A DNA stretch of 64,000 nt from Nitrospirota bacterium (GTDB lineage: Bacteria > Nitrospirota > UBA9217). Positions 20,323-32,658 of the stretch are shown piece by piece (position 1 is the stretch's first letter; the number at the start of each line of letters is the position of its first letter). The position numbers were made by a program, and so were the translations under genes. Where the stretch lies: NCBI GenBank assembly GCA_963818475.1, contig CAWFSF010000005.1:160001-224000 (forward strand), in the 5' to 3' direction. Below the pieces are notes generated by a model. It was not told the DNA's origin, did no database searches, and saw nothing but the letters and a program-made list of their open reading frames with translations.

Positions 20323-22490
20323 TTAATCCCCAAATGGCCGGGGGTCAGCCGACCCCCCGGGGCAGTCACAAGGGTTAGGCTCATAACGCTGGCCCGGTCG
20401 TTTCATTGCAGTCCCTATTTTAGTTGCATCCCAACCATCAATTTTACTGGCTTCACCTGCAAGTGTGCCGTCACAATCAAGGAAACATTTGGCTCTTTTT
20501 TTCCAATCGCACCGAGAATTCTTTCGGCAGTTGTAGTAGCATTTATCATGAGTCTCGCATGCACTATCCAGCGGGTCTCCATCTTTCGCTGGTAGATAAT
20601 AACCTGGGGGATGCGGAGTGTATTGTTCTTTCTTTCCACCTGTCCAATCACCACCGCACCAGTTTCCGTGTTCTTGACTTAACCCAATACGGTCAATTCC
20701 TTTCAACGGATTATTTCCGACGTACGCATAGATGTTAATACCTCCGGCAATCCCTATCAGGTCAGCCTGAACGTACCTTCCAATAACGGGATTATAATCG
20801 CGGTAATAGTTGTAGTTCAGCCCCGTTTCAGCATCGAAGTACTGTCCAGGGAACCTAAGGTTGTTCGTGATCGTGGAGACGGTGACACGTCGCTTCACCG
20901 AAGGGTTTGTAGTCCGCAGACCAAACAACAGTGCCGGAACTGTCCGTCATCTTCTGAGGGGTGGCAAGATGATCGTTGTGGTAGTAGTACGTGTTCGCCC
21001 CCTCGATTTTCGCCAGCGGCTGACCATTCAAGTATACATATTCCGCTGTGATAGTTCCAGCACTATTCGACTCTGCAATGATCTGTCCGCTTAGACTGTA
21101 ATGGAAGATCGTTGTTCGTTGAGCCGACGACTTTCTTCACCCGCTGACCATTGCCGTTGTAGGTGTAATTGGCTGTCATTCGACCCGTCATTCACCTGAA
21201 TCAGATCGCTGGTTCTGATTATAGACATACTGGCGAGCAGCTTCTGTTGTCGTATTTCCGTTATTGTCGTAGCCAAAGGACAATCCATTGGCAGTATTCA
21301 ACTTGTTGGTATTCTGGTAGTACGTATAGGCATTCGTGTTCTCGGTCTGCCTGTTCCCTACCCCATCGTAAGTCCAGGCCAAACTACCCCATATGCCCGA
21401 TGATGCGGCTGTCCAGAGCCGATCAAGGTTATCGTAGGTGAAGCTCTTGTTCTTTGAAGTATCGAGACTGTCCGTAATGGCCGTTATGTTCCCATTATTA
21501 TCATATCCGGTATAGCTGAGGCTCAGTACCGACCCTGCTGTTATGGAGCTGATCCTGTACTGGTTATCGTATCCGATGGTGCCGCTCAGGCCATTGCCAT
21601 AGGTGATCGCATTCATGCCGCCAAAGGGCTTGTAAGTGATATTCGATGCGAGGTTGGCTGCACCGTTTAGAATACTTACTGCCTTGTCGTTGGTGTAGTT
21701 GTAGGTGATGACCTTGCCTGACGGATAGGTCATGGTTTTCATGTTCCCGTTCATGTCGTAGGTGTATTGCGTTAGGTACGTCACGGTATCGATTACCTTG
21801 GTCTCTTTTTTGACCTGCCCTTTTGGCGTGTACTCGTAGCTGGTCGTTCCTGATGCATCGGCCATGGAACAGAGACGGCCCTTGCCGTTTACGCAGGTAT
21901 CGTAGGAATAGACCGTGTCTGTATCAGCCGGATAGTCGATGGTCGTCAACCGATTCAGGGCGTCATAGGTATAGGAAATCGTGACTACCTTGGCGTCGGT
22001 TTTAGTCAGGAGATTCCCTGCAGGGTCATAGGTATAGGTAGTCGTGCCGGTATCCGGAGAGATAACCCGGTACACTCTGCCCCTGTCATCGTATATGTAG
22101 GTGGTGGCGTTATTATTGGCATCGGTGACCGTGGTCAGGTTGTTATTTGAGTTGTAGCCGTAGCCGGTGGTGATCGTTCCTGGCTGGATGGTTGCTAGCA
22201 ACCGGTTCAGCGCGTCATACGAGTACGTCGTGAGCGTTGTGTTCGGGGTTCGGAGTGAGAGTCTATTGCCTCTTGAGTCGTAAGAGTATTCGGTATAGCT
22301 GGCATCGGGGTTCGTGGTCCTTTTCAGGCTGTTCAAAGCATCATACTGATAGCTCAAGCTCTTCTGGAGGCTATTGCCCGCATCCCTGATCTCTTCCGTG
22401 AGTCTGTTCCCCTCTGAGTCATAGGTGTAATTGATGCTGTTGCCAAGGCTGTCGCTGATGCTGGTGAGGTTGCTGTTGGCATCATAGCCA
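20323..22490 (-). pseudogene. Orphan Rhs module 4 with phospholipase A2-like C-terminal toxin (5'-truncated, frameshifted)
   Basis: YD repeats near-identical to the main Rhs; NLRFPGQY core; DRIGL; HGNWCG...DPLDSACETHDKCY. Confidence 0.85.
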
Positions 22491-22534
22491 CAAATTAAAA
22501 GACCCTATAGGTTCCTCCAGGTGGACCGGAAGGC

Positions 22535-23200
22535 TCATCTTTTTGACGCTATTTTCGACAGTGCCTCGTATCTGTCATTATAAGCGTTACTTGATGACCT
22601 TTTTGAAGAGCACCAACCGCTCATCAAGGCAGCTTCATTCAGCGATGAGTACGCTGGTCCTGTCCCATATTTTTTTAGCTCAGGATCGTTCATTAAAGTA
22701 AGAGTTGCATGCCATATATATGCACGTATGGGACTCTGACCATCAGAATACGCGGCAATATATGAGACCCTGTCCGATTCCCCTGTAAGAAACCGTTGCA
22801 AATAAATAGTGCCTTCAGATGAGCAATCCAAACCTTCCATTCTTATTTTTTGGCCATCTTCAAGAACAATAGTGCCCTCATCAATAACGGATGTGACTTT
22901 GTATAAAGTCGCGTTCACCGGCATTTGTGGACCTGGATATTTACGATTTATTTCTTTCAAATTCCTGTCGAAATCAGAAAGATCATTTATTTCTGCCGAA
23001 GTAGGTTTTCCTATGGTAATCGTGCCATCACAGCTTCTTTCTGCTACAGCCATGCCGCAAACTTCTGTTCTTTTATTAGAACACGCCATCACCATGCCGA
23101 CAGAGATACAAACAATGAGCACAAAAATAGGTCGCATCATTACCATCTTTTTCTTTTTAGTTTGATTACCGACGTAGACCCTATATACGGGCAGCTTCAT
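22535..23200 (-). CDS. Probable lipoprotein with degenerate thermonuclease (SNase)-like domain
   Basis: MVMACS lipobox-like; KVTSVIDEGTIVLEDGQKIRMEGLDC. Confidence 0.55.
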   Translation of the reverse strand: MKLPVYRVYVGNQTKKKKMVMMRPIFVLIVCISVGMVMACSNKRTEVCGMAVAERSCDGTITIGKPTSAEINDLSDFDRNLKEINRKYPGPQMPVNATLYKVTSVIDEGTIVLEDGQKIRMEGLDCSSEGTIYLQRFLTGESDRVSYIAAYSDGQSPIRAYIWHATLTLMNDPELKKYGTGPAYSSLNEAALMSGWCSSKRSSSNAYNDRYEALSKIASKR

Positions 23201-23421
23201 TTGAGTTTTTTTCTTTTTTTATATATTTCCCAAACAACCACTGCCACGATGAAAGCAATGATTAGCTTCATAAGCTTCGGTAACGCTGGCGACCGAAATA
23301 TATTCCACTCATCTGTCCCAGTTAATTTATACAGATTGTTTTCGATTGATAAATACGTAACGACTATTATAAGCACTATGCTAACGATATTTTCTTTAAG
23401 CCATTTAAAGACTTTATTCAT
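23197..23421 (-). CDS. Small two-TM putative immunity protein
   Basis: MNKVFKWLKENIVSIVLII...; follows an orphan CT. Confidence 0.6.
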   Translation of the reverse strand: MNKVFKWLKENIVSIVLIIVVTYLSIENNLYKLTGTDEWNIFRSPALPKLMKLIIAFIVAVVVWEIYKKRKKLK

Positions 23422-23428
23422 AAGCGAT

Positions 23429-24072
23429 TCACTTCTTTTTATGGCAATCGACGAGACACTCAACTGCCTCGTAAACCGTCGTCGACGTGTTAATCCAGCC
23501 ATAATAAGGTAACGCTTTTTTTGCCCACTCCTTCGCTACGCGTATTGCTACCTCCTCGATCATTTTATCCCTCATGGCATCTCTAATTTCTCCTATAAGT
23601 ACCTTTGTCTCACAGCGCACTACGCAGGTAAGATATGGGCACGTAAATGAATTGGTATATTCAGCAATCGCAGTTAATTCTTGGTAGCTAGGAGGAGCTG
23701 GATCCCCTCCTATTGGCACACATCCCTCCATTGGATCGCAATAATATATAGAATCTAAACCGCGGGGATCTACTCGAATGATGGGGTTGTTTTTTACATA
23801 CGCATATAGTTGATCCCGCCTCTAAATCCTATGGGATCTTTCTCAATGTAGCGCCCGAGCACAGGATTATAATCTCGATTTAAATTATAATTCAGCCCCG
23901 TCTCGGGATCATAGTACTGCCCAGGAAAACGAAGGTTATTCGTGATCGTGGAGACGGTGACAGTGGCTTCACCAAAGGGTTTGTAGTCCGCAGACCAGAC
24001 AACGACCCCGGAACTGTCCGTCTTCTTCTGCGGGGTGGCAAGATGATCGTTGTGATAGTAGGCGGTAGTCAA
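23429..24072 (-). pseudogene. Orphan Rhs module 3 (core plus Cys-rich unknown CT), frameshifted
   Basis: [10 protein letters not shown]...NLRFPGQY; after a shift [15 protein letters not shown] followed by the CT. Confidence 0.8.
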
Positions 24073-24087
24073 CGAATCATGCGACTA

Positions 24088-24516
24088 TCATCTAAGCCCA
24101 AAATAATGGTTACTCGCTAAAAAGGTCAGGTAATAAATAAGACAGAAAACAAAAATATAGATTATGGAAGTGACAGTCTTGCTCTGAAAGAGCTTAAGCA
24201 TTCTATTTATACTAATAAGCGGCAAAGACATTGAGAAAAGGACTATAACAATAATTTCCTCTGCGACACCTTTTAAACCCATCAACAGTACTTTATTTCC
24301 AAATAAATAACGCTCATTCAAAAACATCACGCAAAACATACCCAACCAGAACAAGGCATTTGCAAACACCAAGAAGACAACCGCTTTTACTACGAATTTC
24401 CTTGTGTCATTAAACGTAGTTGTAAACGATTTCAAAGCAGCGATATAGATGATGCCCAATATTATCTGGCTATACTCATTTAAAAACAACAAGGCCATCA
24501 TGATATATTCTCTCAT
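24088..24516 (-). CDS. Four-TM putative immunity protein
   Basis: Highly hydrophobic; overlaps the stop of the upstream Rhs. Confidence 0.65.
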   Translation of the reverse strand: MREYIMMALLFLNEYSQIILGIIYIAALKSFTTTFNDTRKFVVKAVVFLVFANALFWLGMFCVMFLNERYLFGNKVLLMGLKGVAEEIIVIVLFSMSLPLISINRMLKLFQSKTVTSIIYIFVFCLIYYLTFLASNHYFGLR

Positions 24517-27455
24517 TGGCAGTCACACTTTTCACTAATCCTACCTTCTAGTTTTTTATAGCAGGATAATTCAGCGGCGTAACCAGGCTTTTCCATATCA
24601 TCTTCATAAAACAATTTCTTCAGTCCGAATTTAACTGGCCCTAATTCTTCGCATTGCTTAACATGTACATTTTCGTGGGCAGTAACGCACTGCTTCTGAC
24701 ATTCCGTAAGTTTAGGGTTTAAGGTAACGATGCCAGTATTTTTCCCGAACCTGATCCGGCAGTCTGTAACTGCTAGCTGAACTTTGTTGCCACTCCCCTT
24801 GCCGTTACCTTCAAGTTCACTTATTCTACTGCGTATATAATCTGCTTCATCTTTCGGGCAACATTTCAATCCGAGAATATCAACATAAATTAGCGTATTA
24901 TTTTTAGCATAAGGATATAGAGCAAAATCACCTATTTGTCCCAGCGGGTCGGCCTCGATATACTTTCCAATGACTGGACTGTAGTCACGCATGTAATTAT
25001 AGTGGAGCCCCGCCTCAGCATCATAGTACTGTCCAGGGAATCGGAGATTGTTCGTGATCGTGGAGATGGTGACGGTCGTTTCACCGAAGGGTTTATAGTC
25101 AGCTGACCATACGACTTGGCCGGAAGAGTCCGTCATCTTCTGTGGGGTGGCAAGATGATCGTTGTGATAGTAGTATGTGTTCGCCCCCTCCATCTTTGCC
25201 AGCGGCTGACCATTGAAGTATACATATTCCGCTGCGATAGTTCCAGCACTATTCGACTCTGCAATGATCTGTCCGCTTAGACTGTAATGGAAGATCGTTG
25301 TCGTTGAGCCGACGACCTTCTTCACCCTCTGACCGTTGCCGTTGTAAGTGTAATTGGCCGTCATTGACCCGTCATTCACCTGAATCAGTCTCTGGTTCTG
25401 ATTATAGACATACTGGCGAGCAGCTTCTGTTGTCGTATTCCCGTTGTTGTCGTACCCGAACGCTATTCCATTGGCAGTGTTCAACTTGTTGGTATTCTGA
25501 TAGTACGTATAGGCAGTCGCATTCTCGGTCTGCCTGTTCCCTACTCCGTCATACGTCCAGGCCAAACTGCCCCATATGCCCGTTGATGTGGCTGTCCAAA
25601 GCCGGTCAAGGTTATCGTAGGTGAAGCTTTTGTTCTTTGAAGCATCGAGACTGTCCGTAATGGCTGTTATGTTCCCATTGTTATCATATCCGGTATAGCT
25701 GAGGCTCAGCACCGCCCCTGCTGTTATGGAGCTGATCCTGTACTGATTATCGTATCCGATCGTGCCGCTCAGGCCATTGCCGTAGGTGATCGCATTCATG
25801 CCGCCGAAGGGTTTGTAGGTGATGTTGGATGCGAGATTGGCTGCACCGTTGAGGACACTGACTGCCCGGTCGTTGGTGTAGTTGTAGGTGATGACCTTGT
25901 CTGAGGGATAGATCATGGTTTTCATGTTCCCGTTCATGTCATAGGTGTATTGCGTTACATACTGAACGGTATCTATTACCTTGGTCTCTTTTTTGACCTG
26001 CCCTTTTGGCGTGTACTCATAGGTCGTAGTTCCCGATGCATCGGCCATGGAACAGAGACGGCCCTTGCCGTTTATGCAGGTATCGTAGGAATAAACCGTG
26101 TCAGTATCAGTCGGATAATCGATGGTCGTCAGCCGGTTCAGAGCGTCATAGGTATAGGAAATCGTTATTCCTTTGGCGTCGGTTTTGGTCAAGAGATTTC
26201 CGGCGGGGTCGTAGGTATAGGTTGTCGTGCCGGTATCTGGAGAGATAACCTGGTACACTCTGCCCCTGTCATCGTATATGTAGGTGGTGGCGTTATTATT
26301 GGCATCGGCGACCGTGGTCAGGTTGTTATTTGAGTTGTAGCCGTAGCCGGTGGTGATCGTTCCTGGCTGGATGGTTGCTAGCAACCGGTTCAGCGCGTCA
26401 TACGAGTACGTCGTGAGCGTTGTGTTCGGGGTTCGGAGTGAGAGTCTATTGCCTCTTGAGTCGTAAGAGTATTCGGTATAGCTGGCATCGGGGTTCGTGG
26501 TCCTTTTCAGGCTGTTCAAAGCATCATACTGATAGCTCAAGCTCTTCTGGAGGCTATTGCCCGCATCCCTGATCTCTTCCGTGAGCCTGTTCCCCTCGGA
26601 GTCATAGGTATAGTTGATGCTGTTCCCAAGGCTGTCGCTGATGCCGGCGAGATTGCTGTTGGCGTCATATCCGTAGGTTATGGTGTTCCCTTCAGGCAGG
26701 GTAATATGATCGATCTTGTTCGCCCCTCCGCAGGAGGTGCAGCCTCCCGCGACGTAGGCATATTGCGTGGGGCTGCTGTCGCCTGCTGCGGTGACCGTAA
26801 GCACCCGTCCGCTATCGTCATAGGTATAGGCAGTGCTGTTGCCGTTCGGGTCAAGGACGTTCCGGGGATTGCCGAGGGCATCGTGATCGGAATAGGTCGT
26901 TGTGCCGGTCAGCGGCTGGGTCGTTGAGGTCAAGAACCCGGTTGTCGGATCATAGGCATAGCTCGTAACGTCGGTCACATCAGTCCTGGGGCCGTCGATG
27001 CTCGTGAGCTTGCCGTTGGTATAACCATAGGTCGTGATATAGGAGTAGGCCGTGCCGCTGCCCAGAAACCCGGCATCGGTCGTGGTCAGGAGATTGCCGG
27101 TCGTGTTGTCATAGGTGTTGGTGATGGTCTTGTTTTGATTCGGGTCAACTATGCTCTTGACGATCTCCTGGGCCACCTTGTGGAACGTGGCCGCTGTAGC
27201 TTGCGGGTCGATCTCATACTGGTAGATGTACGTCGTGGTCTTCTGAATGGCAGCCCAGTCACTCGGGCTGGGTTGCTTGCCTCTGTCTTGCTCTTTAGGT
27301 TGCCGTAGGTGTCGTAGGTGAAATCGTTGGCTGATCTGAGCACAAGGACCGGCACGGACACCGTTCCCGTGTTTTCCCAGTATTCTTCGCGGGTGATCTT
27401 TGTCAGGGCATTCCGGGTATAGATTATGACATTGCCCAGGGAGTCGGTCTCTTTA
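24513..27455 (-). pseudogene. Orphan Rhs module 2 with HExxH metallopeptidase-like CT (5'-truncated)
   Basis: Rhs YD repeats and core, YVDILGL, CVTAHENVH...E..GY. Confidence 0.85.
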
Positions 27456-27625
27456 GGAATCGGAGGAATTTATTGTAGTCGGCAGTTTCTCTGAAGATCT
27501 GCTGGCGCTAGTTCCCCCGCGTAATCACGTGGTAGAAGGCACCTTCAAACTCGATGCGGGGTTTCCGTGGCATGCGGAGAGACAATCACTCGAAGGGGAG
27601 AATGTCAATTCTAAAGTCTGACCCC
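27455..27625 (-). pseudogene. RAYT N-terminal fragment with upstream GGGGTCAGA REP-like motif
   Basis: ATG 27573 MPRKPRIEFEGAFYHVITRGN*RQQIFRE...FLRFL, abutting Rhs sequence. Confidence 0.8.
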
Positions 27626-27839
27626 AATATGCCCTTTCGACGTAGAGAGCCCGGGACACAACGTTGAGGCGAATGACCTCGTGAGGGACAATACAGGGCC
27701 TCTCATAGAACTTGAGAATCTGGATAAGGGATGCTTGGCGGCAACGGCACGCCGGATATTTATAACGCTTAGAGAGCAAGTTCGCTTTACGTGAGAAAGT
27801 CGTCGAAGAAAATGCTGATGTCCGAACAGGACGCATGGG

Positions 27840-27973
27840 TGAAGTGCGTCTTCAAGAAAAACCGTCAGTTATCGTATTGGAATTTCAGCGAAAGCAAGTT
27901 GCACTTGACAAGGGGGCTATAGGATGTCCCCAATGTTCTCGTTACGTCCCCAATGTTCTCGTTACGTCCCCAA
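27840..27973. repeat. Second copy of the REPIN/MITE-like element plus 20-bp tandem repeats
   Basis: Matches 19161-19256; GTCCCCAATGTTCTCGTTAC twice plus a partial third. Confidence 0.8.
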
Positions 27974-27981
27974 GATGTCCA

Positions 27982-28662
27982 TTACGCTCCCTTATTGTGC
28001 CCCAATGCTCCAACCTTGAATTTATACCATAGAAAAACTATAAAAATAATACTTGAAATGATCAAAGTAACAAGAAGGCTGAGTGCTGTAATTCTAAGAT
28101 TAGTTTTCGCTAAATCAAGTTGATGGACAGATGACTTCAATTCCTCTGTTAATTTACTCCTTTTGTCATCAGGTGCATAGAGAACTTCTCCATTTTCATT
28201 ATTTAAGTACGATATACTTTCACCGGTAGCTAAATAATGGTTTTCGGCTATTTCAAGCCTCCGTTTTGATGTGCTATTTTTATTCATCGCTTCTTTTCTT
28301 GCTTCTGTTGAATCCACCTTGATAAAGACTTCAGTTATCGTATCGGACATCATAAAAAAGCTTAAAATGGGCGGACCGAATGATGTTATAACTAGGAGCG
28401 CCCCAATTATAATGAGAATAATTGGTGTTTCAAGTTTACGCGTTCCTTTAACGCCCGACATATACGCATAAATACTGAAGAACAGAAGATAAAGGAATAG
28501 GATGCGAGACACATAGTAAAGTAAGGTTGAAAGGAATGGAAATGAGGTGCTGGTTATCTTACCTGATTGTGCTTGGTATGAATTCAGTACTAGTATCAGA
28601 ATGGTGATCAATAAAGCGATAAAGATAAAAAAGAGGTTTTTCTTATACAAGTAGTAGTTCAT
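27982..28662 (-). CDS. Four-TM putative immunity protein
   Basis: Hydrophobic helices, low GC, downstream of orphan Rhs 1. Confidence 0.65.
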   Translation of the reverse strand: MNYYLYKKNLFFIFIALLITILILVLNSYQAQSGKITSTSFPFLSTLLYYVSRILFLYLLFFSIYAYMSGVKGTRKLETPIILIIIGALLVITSFGPPILSFFMMSDTITEVFIKVDSTEARKEAMNKNSTSKRRLEIAENHYLATGESISYLNNENGEVLYAPDDKRSKLTEELKSSVHQLDLAKTNLRITALSLLVTLIISSIIFIVFLWYKFKVGALGHNKGA

Positions 28663-28728
28663 TATTTAACACCCCATAATGTATATATGTAAAATTTTTT
28701 ATTTTGCTATCCTACTTCTCACACAGCG

Positions 28729-31658
28729 TTAATATACACATTGCATCCCAAGGCCTCTCAAAATGTCAGCTATTTGTCTAGCAAACCATATCTGGCGAGT
28801 TTGTGCATTTGCCAACAATTCTCTTAATTCCCTACTTCTCTCAGAGCAAAAACTTAACTGATTCAATTCACGCTGAATTTGGTTTATCAAGCGTGCATTT
28901 GCGTCTGCTGCGTCTTGAAGCATATCTAATCGCTGAATATCATAATAGTTTTGTCTAGCTCCGGCTGCAAACTGTAGAACACTACAAATTCTGTCTACGG
29001 TACCTACGCTGATTAACCCTGCAGGATCCGTCCGGTCCACTGGATTATTATCTGCATAAACGTAATCATGAAGATTATTAGGTGTCATAGTAAAAAAAGG
29101 CACTACAAATAAACTTTTTGATTGAGAAATAAAATTTAATTGCAGGGGATCAGATTCAATGTATCTTCCAACGACGGGGTTATAGTCCCTGAAATAATTG
29201 TAGTGGTTCCCCGTCTCTGCATCGTAATACTGCCCTGGAAATCTCAGGTTGTTCGTGATCGTTGATACTGTGATCGTCGCTTCACCGAAGGGTTTGTAAT
29301 CTGCAGACCAGACAACGGTGCCGGAACTGTCTGTCATCTTCTGTGGGGTGGCAAGATGATCGTTGTGATAGTAGTACGTATTCGCCCCTTCCATCTTCGC
29401 CAGCGGCTGACCATTGAAGTATACATATTCTACTGCGATTGTACCAGCACTATTCGACTCTGCTATGATTTGTCCGCTCAGGCTGTAATGAAATATCGTG
29501 GTTGCTCCATTCACGACCTTCTTTACCCGCTGGCCATTGCCATTGTAAGTGTAGTTTGCCGTCATTGCTCCGTCATTCACCTGGATCAATCTCTGATTCT
29601 GATTATAGACATACTGGCGAGCAGCTTCTGTTGTCGTATTCCCGTTATTGTCGTAGCCAAAGGACAATCCATTGGCAGTGTTCAGCTTGTTAGTATTCTG
29701 GTAGTACGTATAGGCATTCGTATTCTCGGTCTGCCTGTTCCCTACCCCGTCGTAAGTCCAGGCCAAACTGCCCCAGATACCCGTTGATGTGGCTGTCCAA
29801 AGCCGGTCAAGATTATCGTAGGTGAAGCTCTTGTTCTTTGAAGCATCGAGGCTGTCCGTAATGGCTGTTATGTTCCCATTGTTGTCATATCCGGTATAGT
29901 TGAGGCTCAATACCGCCCCTGCTGTTATGGAGCTGATCCGGTACTGGTTATCGTAGCCGATCGTGCCATTCAGGTTATTGCCGTAGGTGATCGCATTCAT
30001 GCCGCCGAAGGGCTTGTAAGTGATGTTCGATGCGAGGTTGGCGGCACCATTGAGTACACTGACGGCCCGGTCATTGGTGTAGTTGTAGGTGATGACCTTG
30101 CCTGATGGATAGGTCATGGTCTTCATGTTCCCATTCATGTCATAGGTGTATTGCGTTACGTACGTCACGGTGTCTATCACCTTGGTTTCTTTTTTGACCT
30201 GCCCTTTTGGCGTGTACTCGTAGGTTGAAGTTCCTGATGCATCGGCCATGGAACAGAGACGGCCCTTGCCGTTTACACAGGTGTCGTAGGAATAGACCGT
30301 GTCTGTGTCTGCTGGATAGTCGATGGTCGTCAACCGGTTCAGCGCGTCATAGGAATAGGAAATCGTGATTCCCTTGGCATCGGTTTTGGTCAGTAGATTC
30401 CCTGCTGGGTCATAGGCATAGGTCGTCGTACCGGTATCGGGGGAGATAACACGGTATACCCGACCATTGTCGTCATATATGTAGGTGGTGGCGTTGCTGT
30501 TGGCATCGGTGACCGTTGTCAGGTTGTTATTTGAGTTGTAGCCATAGCCGGTAGTGATCGTTCCGGGTTGGATGGTTGCTAGCAATCGGTTCAGCGCGTC
30601 ATACGAGTAAGTTGTGAGCGTTGAATTCGGGTTGCGGATTGCGGATTTGTTGCCTCTGGAGTCGTATGAGTTTTCCGCATAGCTGGCATCGGGATTGGTA
30701 GTCCTTTTAAGCCTGTTCAGAGCATCATACTGGTAGCTCAAGCTCTTCTGGAGAGCATTGCTCGCGTCCCTGATCTCTTCCGTGAGCCTGTTCCCCTCGG
30801 AATCATAGGTATAGTTGATGCTGTTTCCAAGGCTGTCGCTGATGCTGGCGAGATTGCTGTTGGTATCATATCCGTAGGTTATGGTGTTCCCTTCCGGCAG
30901 GGTAATATGGTCGATCTTGTTCGCCCCTCCGCAGGAGGTGCATCCTCCCGCGACGTAGGCATATTGCGTAGGGCTGCTGTCGCCTGCCGCGGTGACCGTA
31001 AGCACTCGTCCGCTATCGTCATAGGTATAGGCAGTGCTGTTGCCGTTCGGGTCAAGGACGTTTCGGGGATTGCCGAGGGCGTCGTGATTGGAATAGGTCG
31101 TTGTGCCTATCAGCGGCTGGGTCGTCGAGGTCAGATACCCGGTTGTGGGATCATAGGCATAGCTCGTAAGGTCCGTCACATCGGTCCTGGGGCCGTCGAT
31201 GCTCGTGAGCTTGCCGTTGGTATAGCCATAGGTCGTGGTATAGGAGTAGGCCGTGCCGCTGCCAAGAAGCCCGGCATCGGTCGTGGTCAGAAGATTGCCG
31301 GTGGTATTGTCATAGGTGTTGGTGACGATCTTGTTTTGATTCGGGTCAACTACGCTCTTGACGATCTCCTGGGCCAGCTTGTGGAACGTAGCAGCTGTGG
31401 CTAACGGATCGATCTCATACTGGTAGATGTACGTCGTGGTCTTCTGAATAGCAGCCCAGTCGCTAGGGCTGGGTTTGCTTGCCTCTGTCTTGGTCTTTAG
31501 GTTGCCGTAGGTGTCGTAGGTGAAGTCGTTGGCGGATCTGAGCACAAGGACCGGTACGGTGACTGTTCCCGTGTTTTCCCAGTATTCTTCACGGGTGATC
31601 TTTGTCTGGCTGTTTCTTGCATAGGTCGTGACGTTGCGGAGGGTGTCGGTCTCTTTTA
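28729..31658 (-). pseudogene. Orphan Rhs module 1 with helical unknown CT (5'-truncated)
   Basis: Matches the main Rhs from KETD onward; RTDPAGL; helical CT. Confidence 0.85.
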
Positions 31659-31721
31659 AAGTGCATTCAGCTTGACAAGCCAAAGAGCTTTCGCGTATGT
31701 GATAGAAATACGTAAGCAGCC

Positions 31722-32625
31722 CTACTCTGCATTTTGGAATGCTACATCATAGTCCTTTAGTCCGGCGTTGGGTAATAACACTTTTTCAGCCGTGTATGGT
31801 GGTTGCAAAACCAGCAGGTCATAAACAATGCTCTTTTTATAGCGCTGGAGAATGATATCCTCTGTACCCTTAACAAATCGAATACTGTCAGCAAATCTAG
31901 GATCTACCCGAAGCAATTTCTGTTTAGAACCTGAGAGTATCCCGTCTGACTCTTGCATTAAGATAATATCGCCAGCGTCCGTCAGATACACTATCTTTCC
32001 ACTTCCCGACACGCTAACTGATAGACCGTCATCTATTTGGTTAACTGCACCTGACTTATTAAGCTCAACATTTGCAATCCTCTTATTAGAATCTTTAACG
32101 TAACTAAAATAGACTCTTTTTGAACCCTTGCTCCAAGTGGGAGAGCTGAAGTGTTTTCCTTTTGCAATGGAGTACACTCTTCCGTCAGTAATTGACAGAT
32201 AGCACAACTCACCTGGTTGATCATGATGCATATCATTTGCAGCAAAAGCTATTCTTCCTTCACCGTCAATCGACATCCCGCGAATATAATCTTTACCTGT
32301 TGGTATTTCTTTCAAAATTGAAGAGGTTTTTTCATCCAACACTCTTATTGAAGCTGTACCCTTCTGGGGTTCTTTATTTGCGACAGCAACAGCGATAATC
32401 TTTCTTCGTGGTTCGTAAGCGACAGACGTTATCATGTAAGCACCTGCTTCATCAAGTTGATAAATTATTTGGCCTTTCGGATGTTCCCTCGAATATTCAG
32501 CAACAGCAAAATCTCTCGCGCAGACTATTACATACCGTTTCTGGCATGATTGGATTGCGAGTACATTGGGCAAGCAATGCTAGCAACAGACCGATTAATG
32601 TCAATTCAGTTATTTTTCTAACCAT
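31722..32625 (-). CDS. Exported TolB-like beta-propeller; putative immunity protein (frameshift after the signal peptide)
   Basis: ATG 32625 MVRKITELTLIGLLLALL; FSSPTWSKGSKRVYFS PD40-like repeat. Confidence 0.65.
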
Positions 32626-32658
32626 ACTTTCTCCGTTATTGTGATGACCAGTCAGTTG

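Noticed and set aside
27926-27973. 20-bp repeats as a CRISPR array
   Set aside because: Head-to-tail with no spacers and no cas genes
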